64,000 nucleotides of DNA from Mustelus asterias (taxonomy: Eukaryota), in the NCBI RefSeq assembly GCF_964213995.1, contig NC_135825.1, positions 12,524,001 through 12,588,000 on the forward strand, in the 5' to 3' direction. Shown here piece by piece: positions 43,401 through 56,500 of this stretch (position 1 is its first letter; every line of letters starts with the position of its first letter). The translations under genes were made by a program, and so were the position numbers. The notes beneath the pieces were generated by a model. It saw only the letters and a program-made list of their open reading frames with translations, was not told where the DNA came from and made no database searches.

Positions 43401-46400
43401 CTCAGCCGGCATCTAAATCCCTACCTAAGACCTCCGGCCATCCTCCAAGGCCACCAATCCCGTGCACCATCACCGAGGTCGGCAATCTTCACCTCCTGAA
43501 ATCCCAAACCTACCCAAGATCTGAGTACCCCCCTCCTGCCAGGATTTAATGTGTGAGTCACATCCCATCCCTACTGCCTACACCACCTCTCAGGTCAGAT
43601 CAAGGACCTCTTTGCTCCTGTCATCTCCTCCGGCTGCTCCCCAACTAACTGCAAGTTGGACCCGTCAATTAGGTTTGTTTCTGGGTCTGAAACCTCTTGA
43701 GGATGTCTCACAATCACACTCTGGAGTGAAGGCCCACAGTGTGAGGCAGAACCCCAATTTTCAGGCCCCCCCGCCCCCCATCCCTGCTCCCCCAGTCCCT
43801 GTCAGTGGGTCAGGAAAATACATCAAATATTTTTTAAAAATAAATCCTTGAGAGAAATGCTTTGGGACACTATGAGACTGTGATAAATGTCTATATTAAT
43901 GTTTATGTTCATCACAAGCTGCATGGAATTTAACTCATTAGAATGTCTGTGTTTGAATGAAGCAATTATTCCCTGTTCAATTCCTGAAATGTTGTCTCCT
44001 CAGTTTCAGGTGCATTGTGGGCAAAAAAGGAAGTGAGAGGAATTGTGGGAAGATCGATCACAATCGATTGTAACTATGGTGCAGAGTACCGGTCACACGT
44101 GAAATATTGGTGTCGTGGCTGGACTCGCCAATGTGCTGTTGTAGCAACAACAAATCAGCAAAATGGAAGAATATCAATCACAGATAACAAGTCACGAAGA
44201 GTATTTGTTGTCACTATGAAGGATCTTCGCTCAGGAGATGCAGAATGGTACAACTGTGGAATTGAAGCATCCGGTCTCGATCCATTGTATAACGTAAAAC
44301 TACAAATATCTAACGGTGCGTTATTCTCAGTGATTATCTTTATTACTTTTGACTGAAATCTCTGATCAATGGCCAGAATTTTATGTATAAAGATCAGGCG
44401 TGTGCCCTACCCGAATGTGGGTAAAATCACACCCTGACGGCAATATGCCTTCTCTCAATATTTCAGTCGCCAGGCACATGCGCAAGTCGGAAGTGCGGCT
44501 GCCAGCCATGCAAAAGTCAATTTAAATTCATTAAAAACCAATTGTCCAGGACTTTAAGTTGCCCGTCTGCCTTTACAGTTGGCGGGTGGGCCAATTGGCC
44601 AGGTGACCTTTACATTTTAGCTGCAACCTCGATCCAGGGCGGAATGAAAGGTCAGGGTTCATATTAAAGTAAGAAATGTGTCTGGGGCCTGAGTTGTGTG
44701 TGTGATCGTGCTGCCCTGACACTCGCGGTATCGTTTTAACATTGATATTTTTCACAGGTCAACAGCTCCCTGAGACAGCTCCACAGTGGCTCTTCCCCCA
44801 TTCATTGGACAGTCAGTGTGGAACTGTGCTTCGGGGCTGAGGTTTCGTACCCGCGTCCAGACTCGCTGAGTGCACACACACACTACGAGCACACACTACG
44901 AGCAAAAGGTTCAGGCCATGCTTTTCTCTGAGAGGAAACATTGACAGCTCCGGTATCCCAAGGGTCCACTGCAGTGCAGACTCTGGCAGCTAGAGGGCAG
45001 AAGTCGGGAAATCTGACTCACACAAAACCCAATTCCTGCTCTTTCCAACTTGTCAAACTGTCAGGTGTTTGCTTTCGGATTAAAACTAAAAGACAAAAAG
45101 CCCCATGTTGGGTGCTTAATTTGTGGGCGGCGCAGTGGTAGGTGCTGCTGTCTCACAGCACCAGGCACCCTGGTTCAATTCCGGCCTTGGACAACTGTGT
45201 GGAGTTTGCACGTTCTCCTCGTGTCTGCATGGGTTTCCTCCGGGTGCTCTGGCTTCCTCCCACAGCCCAAAGATGTGCAGGTTAGTTGGATTGGCCATGC
45301 TAAATTGCCTCTTAGTGCCCCAAGATGTGTAGGTTAGAGGGATTAGTCATGGTTAAAGTGTGGGGTTACAGAGATAGGGCAGGGTGGTGGGCCTGGGTGG
45401 GAAGCTCTTTCGGAGAGTTCGCGCAGACTCGATGGGCCGAATGGCCTCTTTCTGCACTGTAGGGATTCTAAAACACTGAATAGCTCGTCACTCCTGATGG
45501 TGTAAATTCCTTGAATATAATAAAATAGAATAAATACACAGAAATTAACAGGATCCATAGGCCTGAATTATTGGGATAGCGTAGGGTCAGCCACACCATC
45601 CGGAGAATGGCGGAGATTACACCCTGGTCTACTCCAGCTGCTCCACTGCAGATTAACATTGAGCAGTGTTCGCGAGTGCCGCCCATTCGCCTTGAAGGAA
45701 GAGGCGCCACATATTCAGGCGGGGGTGGGCGGGGAGGGGGGGGTAAGTGGTGGTGCCGAGTTGCTCTGTCCCGGCTGCTGACTGTGTGGTGCTGGGGCAG
45801 AAGCTGCCCTATGGGTGGAGCAAGAGGGGTGGGGATTCAGCACGGTCTGATGGCAGTGCACAAGCACATGTGTGAGGTGGGTGGGGGGACAGGGAATCAG
45901 CCCCACTTTGAGGAAAGCTTGCATAAGGTGTGCATTATTCCGCAGCTCAGACAGTTCATCGCAACTCAGTTGACCTGCTTGGAGTCGGGCAAGAACCAGC
46001 TTTCCATGTGAGATCTTTTCTACCCAAGTGTAGAATTGCTGCAAGATCGGGAAGGGTGAGAATTCAGAGGGAATCCTGTCCCTCCAATTTGACTCCCCCT
46101 TACATAAAAAACAGCCAGGGGGGTTAGTGTAAAAATCTGTCCACAGGCTTCCTGATATGATGGGCGACTCACATTTCACCAAGATGCTTAGGTCAGCCGA
46201 ACAGATTTCAGCTTTACAAGAGAACTAAAAAGGAATTGAAAAGTTGTTTTGATGATTAAAAGAAGCCGCTTCATTCATTGTTGAAATGTTGAGATGTTGG
46301 CCTGGTGGAGGGATAGGTCCATGCTGGGGTTTGGCCTGCCAACCCAGGAAGAAATGCAACAGGGGCTGCCAGGGGAAGGGGGAGGGGGGCTGTTGTAAAT

Positions 46401-47533
46401 GCCCAGCTCAGTCATAGAAATCATAGAAATCATAGAAACCCTACAGTACAGAAAGAGGCCATTCGGCCCATCGAGTCTGCACCGACCACAATCCCACCCA
46501 GGCCCTACCCCCATATCCCTACATATTTTACCCACTAATCCCTCTAACCTACGCATCCCAGGACACGAAGGGGCAATTTAAGCATGGCCAATCAACCTAA
46601 CCCGCACATCTTTGGAGTGTCGCGAGATTTTGTCCCAGCTAAAATCAAAACACAAAGGCCCCTCAATCTTTCACCCCTCACAACCCACACTGGGGGTGGG
46701 TGGAAGGGCAGAGCTTGGCAATGAGGAGGCATGAGGAAATATGGAGCTGGATAGAAGGGCACAAGGTTCATGAGGAAACCTAGTGCATGGTTCGGGAGTG
46801 AGATTTGCCAAAGGGGACATGGGGATAACATTTTTATCTTAACTTTTGAAAGGCCCCGTCATGCAGACTGGGGTTAGTGACTCCTCCTGGCAGTCAATAA
46901 ACTAAAGCTCCCTAAAGGTCTGGCCCCGATTGCATGAACATAGCAGCAGAGTCGAAGGGGCCTTGCTCAACAATGAAAGCAGCAGTGGGCTATTGTTAGG
47001 ACCCTTGAAAATAACTCTTAAAATCACACAGACCAGGAATGGAGTCGGGAATCCAGGAATTAGGAGCAACCGGTATTTTTAGAGGGCTCCCAATTCAATG
47101 TGATTTGGTGAAAATCCAGCTCATTATCTTCCCAACCAGACCTGCAGCTCAGGATCAAAATCATTTTCTATTTCCATAGAATCCGACAGTGCAGAAGGAG
47201 GCCATTCGGCCCATCGAGTCTGCACCCACCACAATCCCACCCAGACCCTATCCCCATAACCCTACTTATTTACCCTACTAATCCCCTAACACTAAGGGAC
47301 AATTTAGCATGGCCAATCAAACTAACCCGCACATCTTTGGACTGTGGGAGGAAACTGGTGCATCCAGAGGAAGCCCCACGCAGACACGGGGAGAATGTGC
47401 AAACTTCACACAGACAGTGACCCAAGCTGGGAATTGAACCCAGGTCCCTGGCGCTGTGAGGCAGCAGTGCTAACAACTGTGCCACTGTGCTGCTCCATGC
47501 CACCCTGCTGCCCCATTTATGTGTATGTGTGGG

Positions 47534-47571
<38 letters not shown>

Positions 47572-50500
47572 CTGTGGTCATATGTGTGTGCGTGTGTTTT
47601 TGTGTGTGGTATTTATGTGTGTCCGTCTGTGTGTTTGTGTGTGTTTACCTATGTGATCATATAATTAAATGTTTTAACCTGAAATTTATTTTTTAAAAAT
47701 TACATTTTTAGTTTATTATAAATAAATCTCCAATCATTAATTTCCAAAATGCTTGACACACGGTAACAGAATTGAAATTTTGTGCAGATGTGGAGCCCCT
47801 GGCAATGGGGAGGAAGTGAAAGTGAAGGTGTTGTAATTCCTGCTCCTGAATGGGAAGGTGCTTTCCGCTACATTGCTAAAATTAAACATATTGTAGAAAG
47901 ATCAGTCTGCTGTGTGGTTTGACAGTGCGGCAGACTAACATTCTATTTTCACTGTCCAAGATCAGTTTATGTTTGTGCTGACTGTCTGTCTGTCTGTGCT
48001 GCATCTCTCTTTGGAAAGCTGGTTTGAAAATGTAACATTTGACTGTGTTTATAACAAATCCCCTGATTGTTATATTAGCCCAGCATCAAACAAAAGCACT
48101 TGCTAATATTCTATGTCAAATGAAATATTTCTGGATAAAAAATGGGTCTGTTGCAATCAGCAAAGTGGATGGAACCCATTCCGCTCTGTCGAAATTAAGT
48201 TAAGTGGAAGCTGATGGTATCTGGTTTTGGGTTTTACTAATTTTATTGGAAAACTGCCCATTTCAGAAGGTGCTTCGAGATTTGGTAAATAGGTGCAGAT
48301 TTTTTATTGTACAGCAAGGCGAAGCAGTAAAACTCACACAATTCTGATCATCATTGACTTACATTTAAAACTCATCGTTTGCCTCACTACAGCAGCAGTG
48401 ATCAGCTCAGACCAGGGGCTCTGTATGTTGTCCGAGAGCATTAAGCAGCAAAAAACAATACTTAAGATTGTAAACCTGGACAAATGTATCTCAAAGCCCT
48501 CAATTAGCACATGTATTGAGTAAGCGAGTTCACAATACTCGACAGAGTAAGTTGCTGTGCTGTACACGCCAACACTCTCTCAGCCCACTTCCTGAAATAC
48601 AGAATGGAGACGGTTCTATTCTTCTCCCGGGGTTGTGTCACTCTTAATGAGGCTCACACTGCTATGAAAATCTCTATTTTTTAATTCTAAACAGGGCCAT
48701 CAGTTCCATTCCAGGAAGCCACAACTCCTGTCTCATCAGAGTGTGAGACAAATATTAATGGCATTGTGTTGTTACAACCACGTGAATAAGGGTGGAAGCA
48801 CTGCCCTCTTTTACCCAATACTCGGTTGATGGTAACAGGTTTTGAAATTTAAAAGAATGAATGTGCCAATACAGTGTCGGAGCTTTAACTGTTTACATGC
48901 TGATTTCACACACACACACATGTACATGCACACACATGCACACACACACATGCACACACATGTATGTGCACACACACACATGTACACGCACACANNNNNN
49001 NNNNNNNNNNNNNNNNNNNNNNNNNNNNNNNNNNNNNNNNNNNNNNNNNNNNNNNNNNNNNNNNNNNNNNNNNNNNNNNNNNNNNNNNNNNNNNNNNNNN
49101 NNNNNNNNNNNNNNNNNNNNNNNNNNNNNNNNNNNNNNNNNNNNNNNNNNNNGACAAGTGTCCGCTGATGCACAATGGAAGGCACTGAACAGTCCAATTA
49201 TGGAATGACGAAGATCCCATCAGACAGACAAATACCGTCTTTGCGCAAATGTGGTGAAAATTTGGAACTCCTTCCCCAAAAGTATTGTTGAGATATATTG
49301 AAAATGTTAAAACTGAGATTGACAGATTTGCTTCAGTCGCCAAAGTGGGATAACAGGGATAAGAGACAGGTCAAGATACAGACAAGATACAGGCTTTGAC
49401 AAAGGGTCATCGGGACTCGAAACGTCAGCTCTTTTCTCTCCTTGCAGATGCGGCCAGACCTGCTGAGATTTTCCAGCATTTTCTCTTTTACTATAAGATA
49501 TAGGTCACTTGTGATTTAATTGAAGTGTGGAACAGCCTCGAGGGGCTGAATGGCCAAATCGTTGCTCCATGTTCTGGATCAAGTGTTAATTTTACAGTGT
49601 GTCTGGGTGTGTGAGTGAGTGTGTGTGAGGCAAGCTCACAGCCAGCAACATTTCAAAAATACACTCTTCAGTCACCAGGCGAACTTTGGCCTGTTTGATT
49701 CAGAGTACAGTTCATGGCCCTGGCAGCAATGAAGACTCACCAGCCCTCATTTTAAATGTTGGTGAAAACGGTCACTTTTGGCTACTCCTTTTGGCCAAAT
49801 GGGAATTTTAACTCCCCTCCTCCATCCTGCATCAGGTTGAAGGGCGGTGGGATCGATTGGATCCAGCAGCTTTTCCAGGACGGATTGTGGACCCGGAGGC
49901 ACAGGAGTGCTTCACCCCAGCCCCCGGGGAAATATGTTGTACAGTCTGTCCCTCCCCATGATTGGCTAACAAGCAATAAAGCCTCCCTGATTCCCTCCTC
50001 GCGACTGTCCCCCGAGCTCACCCCCCCACCAATTTCAAATCTTACACGACAGACTTTTCTGCTCAAACCCCTGCCAGACTCTCAATTCTGGAAGAGTTCT
50101 GATCAGATTTTGCTGTTAAATTCAGCACAAACTTTACTTTTGTGAAGACGCGCTGATTAGGTGCATTGACCCGAACAGGCGCTGGACTGTGGTGACTCGG
50201 GGAATTTCACAATAACTTCATTGCAGTGTTAATGTAAGCCTTACTTGTGACTAATAAATAAGCTTTAACTTTTAACTTTAACTTTCCTGGTGTTTCTAAC
50301 TTTCTGGACAACACAAACACACTTCCCACATACAAACCCCAGTTAAGCATTCGCCCCCGTGGAGACGTGGATGTGCTGGTGAGATTCCAACATGGCCGCC
50401 CCTGGCTGAGATGCTGAAGGGGTGAAAATCACAGAGTGTTTGATTCTTAGATGTTCACTCAGTTTCTGAATGTTTGTTTCTTCCCCACAGAACCTGTGTC

Positions 50501-53500
50501 TGTTCCTGAACTTAGATTTCTATCACCACCAAATGCCTCATGTTCTGGGGGCTCAGTGCCCGTCTCCTGTGAGTCTGTCCAGGGATCACTTCCCATTCAG
50601 TACACATGGTATGAAAAGACCCCGTCTGAAGATTCAAAGATCTCTGACATCAATAAACTGGATCTACATTGTCAATTCTTCACACAGCAACATCATCAAT
50701 ATTACTGCACAGCCTCAAATAACCAGGGAGAAAAATCCAGTGAAATGGTTAATGTGTCAGTGATCAACAGATCAGGGGAGAATTGCAGTTATGTGACACA
50801 GATCAACATTGGTAAGTGTTACTTTAAACTAACATTGAGGTTCATGATTTTTATAATTAATGTCCATCCATGCTGGTTACCAGTTAAGTAAATTGCAACT
50901 GACCAAATTCACTCTGTTTCATTTCTCACCCGTTCCAAACAAAGTCACTGAGTTGCATTTTTCATGAAAAATGACATAAAATATCCCCAGAATATGAATA
51001 AATATTGTGGAAACTCGATGATCCCATGAAATGAAAATAGCTTTTAATTGCGGAGCTTGCAGAAACCTAAATGCCCATTTGGGAAATAGTGTAAAGGCAA
51101 AGTCGCCATCGTCCCAGATGACCATCGGCTGCTCTCCCCTTTGACGGGGAGAGCTGACTGGTGGCGATTCAACCTGGGGGTCACCGCATCTCAGGCAAAT
51201 GGTTCGGGATGCATATGGAATAGGCTTTTCTGTTCCATTTTATCCAGCGGCATGCGGTACCGCCCCAATCCCGTAGGGGAAAGTATCGCGTGTCAAAATG
51301 AGTTCTATCAGGTCGCCCCTCAACTTTCGTCGTTCAAGTGAGAACAAACTAAGTTTCTCTAATTTCTCCTCATAGCTAATGCCCTCCATACCAGGCAACC
51401 TCCTGGTAAATCTTTTCTGTACCCTCTCCAAAGCCTCCACATCCTTCTGGTAGTGTGGCAACCAGAATTGAACACTATGTTCCAAGTGCAGCCTAAATCA
51501 TGTCCTATAAAGCTGCAACATGACTTGCCAATTTTTAAACTCAATGCCCCCAGCCGATGAAGGCAAGCATGCTGTGTGCCTTCTTGACTACCTTCTCTGC
51601 TTGCGTTACCACTTTCAGTGACCCATGTACCTGTACACTCAGATCCCTCTGCCTATCAACACTCTTAAGGGTTCTGCCATTTACTGTATATTTACCAACT
51701 GTATTCGACCTTCCAAAATGCATTACCTCACATTTGTCCGGATTCAACTCCATCTGCCATCTCTCCGCCCAAGTCGGAAACTGATCTATATCCTGCTGTA
51801 TCCTCTGACGGTCCTCGTTACTGCAATCTCAGAAAACTGACCCCAAGTGACAGGAAATGACCATTCCCAATGTTAGCAAGTGACGGTTTAATGTCTTCAT
51901 GCGAACATCTGGATTGAAGTGCACCAAACTAAGCTCGTTCACTGGTCCATGAGTACCTGTGTACCACCAACTCTCAGATATGGGAAATAAAGTGAAATCT
52001 CCAATAAAAATGGGCCACTGACAGATATCAGCCACCTCTCTACTGTGACCAGAGAGGGGAAAGTTACACAGTGATTAATTATACCAACCATGCTTTTCCT
52101 CAAGCACTGAAGTTCCATTTTACAATGACGCTCTCTAAGTTGACTACAAGTGAAAATGAGGTGAATCTGTATGTTATTCTTATGTTTCAACAGAACCTAC
52201 ATATTCATGTGGAGTTTCTACAACAGAATCACCAACTACGACACATTCCACAAGTACAAATATAAATTCCGCTGGCAGCGAATCTTCAGAGTTGGAAAAT
52301 GATGAAAGGTACAAGGTTCTCACTGAGGGTGTAATGATTGGCACAGTTTCAATGTGAGGAATGAAATGTTCTTTAAACAGTTGGACAAGTAATGTTTGAG
52401 CATCTGCATTGTGTTGGCTGTGAGATGGTGTTTGTTTCATTATTCACCTTGATTACCTCAATCTAACCTCGTGATGTAGAAACAAAGAAACATAGAAAAT
52501 AGGAGCAGGAGGAGGCCACTTGGCCCTGCGAGACTGCTCCGCCATTCATTATGATCATTGCTGATCATCCAACTCAATAACCTGATCCCGCCTCCCTCCC
52601 ATATTGTTGACCCCCTTCCCCTCAAGTGCAACATCTAATTGCTTCTTGAAAACACTCAGGGTGGGATTTTCCGGCCACGCTCACTCCGAAACCGGAAAAT
52701 CCCGCCGGAGGTCAACGGACCTTTGCATGGTCCGTACTCTGCCTGCTACAATTCCCATGGTGGCGAGATGGGAAAATTCAACCCTCAATGTTTTGGCCTC
52801 ATCTACTTTCTGTGCTCGCAAATTCCATAGGCTGCCCACTTTCTGGGTGAAGATAATTCTCCTCATCTCAGTCCGAATGGTCTACCCTGTATCCTCAGAT
52901 TGAGAGCCCCACACCATTGGGAACATCCTTCTTGGATCTACTCTGTGTAGCCCTGTTAGAATTTTACAGGTTTCTATGTGATGATGAGTTGCACTTGCCA
53001 AACTTACCTTGCCGCTATTTGCACCGACAGAATAGTTGCTCGTGACAGGGAGGAATTAGAGTGATTTATCCACGCAGCCCTCGGAATCACTGCTCCATCT
53101 TGCAGCACTGGGGTCTTATTCCCATTTTATTAACTCAAGCTGTCTACAATCATTAGTACAATTGTACTCTGATATAAACACTGAGGAGTTGGTTCTTTGA
53201 AGTTACCATGGTGATAAAGCGTAAACACCAACTAAATGTCCAACAGAGACTATTGGAAACAGACAGCCGGTAAATCCGCACCTGTGGAGATAATGGACGC
53301 ATTTATCATTTGGGTGTGGACACTTCACGCCCGAACCTAAACAGATCCATTCACCCCACAGATGCCGACTGACCTGATGAATGTTTCCAGAAACTTCTGT
53401 TTTTCATTCACATCTCCAGCACATGCAGTGTATTTACTTTTTACTAGATCAGCATTGATGATGTGAGAAGAATTGAACGTTTATGGATTTTACTTGATGA

Positions 53501-56500
53501 TACTGGCCAGAATTCGCCCCCAAAAATTCTAACTGTCGAATTCAGGTCAAAACTGGAGTAATTAACGTTGGTTTATTCAGTGGGAGTTCAGAGAAGAATC
53601 TCCCACGCTCTGTACACTGCAGAGGCCACCGGTGTGAATATCCTTAAAAACTAGGGGGCAGGGCCTACCCCCGCTGGAGAGGTTGAGACCAGCACGCTGA
53701 GTGGGCCACTGCGCATGCGCCGACCTGTCAGTGCTGAGATTGCCGGCCTCCCAACTGCTGGCCAGCTCAATTGCTGGCAACCTCCACAATCCCCGCAGTG
53801 CCGGCTCCCTGCAGCCCCCCATGGCCTGATCGCTGGCCCCCTGACCGTTCCCGGACGCAGCCCTGACCCCCCCCCTTTCTGGCCCGCCCCGATCTCCAGC
53901 CCCCACCCCCTGCAGTGAAATTTCCTGAATGTATTAAGCAGAGCGCAGTGTTGCACTGTCACCTGCTGCGTCAGAGATTGTGACTTCACTTCCCTTCCAA
54001 AGAATGAGCGCATTAACTCGGCTAACACTCCAGTGCCATACTGAGGGAGTGCTGTGCTGTTAGAGTGTCCTCCTTTCAAATGTGATAAACCCAGGGCCCC
54101 ATCCGCTCTATCAGGTGGACTTAACAGATCCCATGGTGACATTCATAAAACAGGGCAATTTTCCCTGGAGCCCGGGACAATATCATTAAACGAAACAATT
54201 TATCTGTCCATTTATCTAATTGTTGCTTGTGGGAGCAGGCTATGTGTAAATTAACTGTGATGTAGAGATGCTGGCATTGGACTGGGGTAAACACAGTAAG
54301 AAGTTTAACAACACCAGGTTAAAGTCCAACAGGTTTATTTGGTAGCAAAAGCTACAAGCTTTCGGAGCCTTAAGCTCCTTCTTCAGGTGAGTGGCAATTC
54401 TGTTCACAAACAGGGCATATAAAGACACAAACTCAATTTACAGAATAATGGTTGGAATGCGAATACTTACAGCTAATCAAGTCTTAAAGGTACAAACAAT
54501 GTGAGTGGAGAGAGTGTTAAAGAAGCCATCCGCTACGGACAAGCCCTCCGTATACACAGGATCTGCTCGGATGAGGAGGATCGCATCAGACACCTCCAGA
54601 CGCTGAAAGATGCCCTCATAAGAACAGGATATGGCGCTCGACTCATCGATTGACAGTTCCGACGCGCCACAGCGAAAAACCGCACCGACCTCCTCAGAAG
54701 ACAAACACGGGACACGGTGGACAGAGTACCCTTCGTCGTCCAGTACTTCCCCGGAGCGGAGAAGCTACAGCATCTCCTCCGGAGCCTTCAACATGTCATT
54801 GATGAAGACGAACATCTCGCCAAGGCCATCCCCACACCCCTACTTCTTGCCTTCAAACAACCGCACAACCGCAAACAGACCATTGTCCGCAGCAAACTAC
54901 CCAGCCTTTAGGAGAACAGTGACCACGACACCACACAACCCTGCCACAGCAACCTCTGCAAGACATGCCAGATCATCGACACGGATGCCATCATCTCACG
55001 TGAGAACACCATCCACCAGGTACACGGTACATACTCTTGCAACTCGACCAATGTTGTCTACCTGATACGCTGCAGGAAAGGATGTCCCCGAGGCATGGTA
55101 CATTGGGGAAACTATGCAGACGCTGAGACAACAGATGAATGAACACCGCTCGACAATCACCAGGCAAGACCGTTCTCTTCCTGTTGGGGAGCACTTCAGC
55201 GGTCACGGGCATTCGGCCTCTGATATTGGGGTAAGCGTTCTCCAAGGCGGCCTTCATGACACACGATGGCACAAGAGTCGCTGAGCAGAAACTGATAGCC
55301 AAGTTCTGCACACATGAGGACGGCCTCAACCGGGATATTGGGTTCATGTCACACCATCTGCAATTCCCACAGCTTGCCTGGACTTGCAGACTCTCACTGG
55401 CTGTCCTGTCTGGAGACAATACACATCTCTTTAACCAGTCTTAATGCTCTCTCCACTCACATTGCTTGTACCTTAAAGACTTGATTAGCTGTGAGTATTC
55501 GCATTCCAACCATTATTCTGTAAATTGATTTTGTGTCTTTATATGCCCTTTTTGTGAACAGAATTCCCACTCACCTGAAGAAGGAGCTTAAGGCTCCGAA
55601 AGCTTGTGGCTTTTGCTACCAAATAAACCTGTTGGACTTTAACCTGGTGTTGTCAAACTTCTTACTGTGTAAATTAATTGCCAGGTTTGTCATGCTACAA
55701 CAGTTCCTGTGCCCCAAAATGATTTAATTGTCTGCAAAGTGCTTTGAGATGTCCTGAGGAATTAAGACAACTTTATAAATGCCTTCCTTGAAATATATTT
55801 TTAATCGAATAGCCATGAATCAATTGTGAACCTGCACTGACCCTTTCCTATTCTCTGTATCACAGTCTGGTTTTCATTGTGGTCGGAGTTCTGGGGGGCA
55901 TTTTTGCCGTGTTCGCTGTTTCTCTACTGTTGTACCTGAAGATCAACAAGGGTGAGTTTCTATATCTCTTTAATCATTTCATTTTATATCAGTAACTTGT
56001 CGCAGAATATAAAGAATATATAGTTTGTTGCATTAATCAACAATCACCTCTGATCATCGTATTCTCATTCGAGTCGACACATATTGAATATGGAAGAATA
56101 ATTAAGTTGAGTCTTGCTGAAAAAAGAGACATGAGGCAGAATTCTCCCATCTGGGACTGAGGCTGGAATTCTCCAGCCATTCACGCCCTGTTGCCGCTGC
56201 CAGCAAGAAGGGGGAATTTGGAGAATCCCAGCAGTGGGCGAGGTCGGAGAATTCGACCCTAAGCCTGGTGGTGGGACGGGAACAGGGAGTGATTCCCACT
56301 GAGGATGACAACAGGAAACTACGCCGTATCTTCAGGCTCTGAATACATTAATTATGCAACCAGTGATTTAGCCCCGTATTCTGTGGTGAGGGGTGGGAGG
56401 GTTGGGTATGATAGTGCACCTCCTTCATCACATCTGGCTGCCATAGTTAAAAGGTGCCCCACATCACTGACCCACTGTGGAAGAAATAAGGTAGACCTCC

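Noticed and set aside
48811-49343. ORFs spanning the N run
   Set aside because: Artefacts of the microsatellite and assembly gap.
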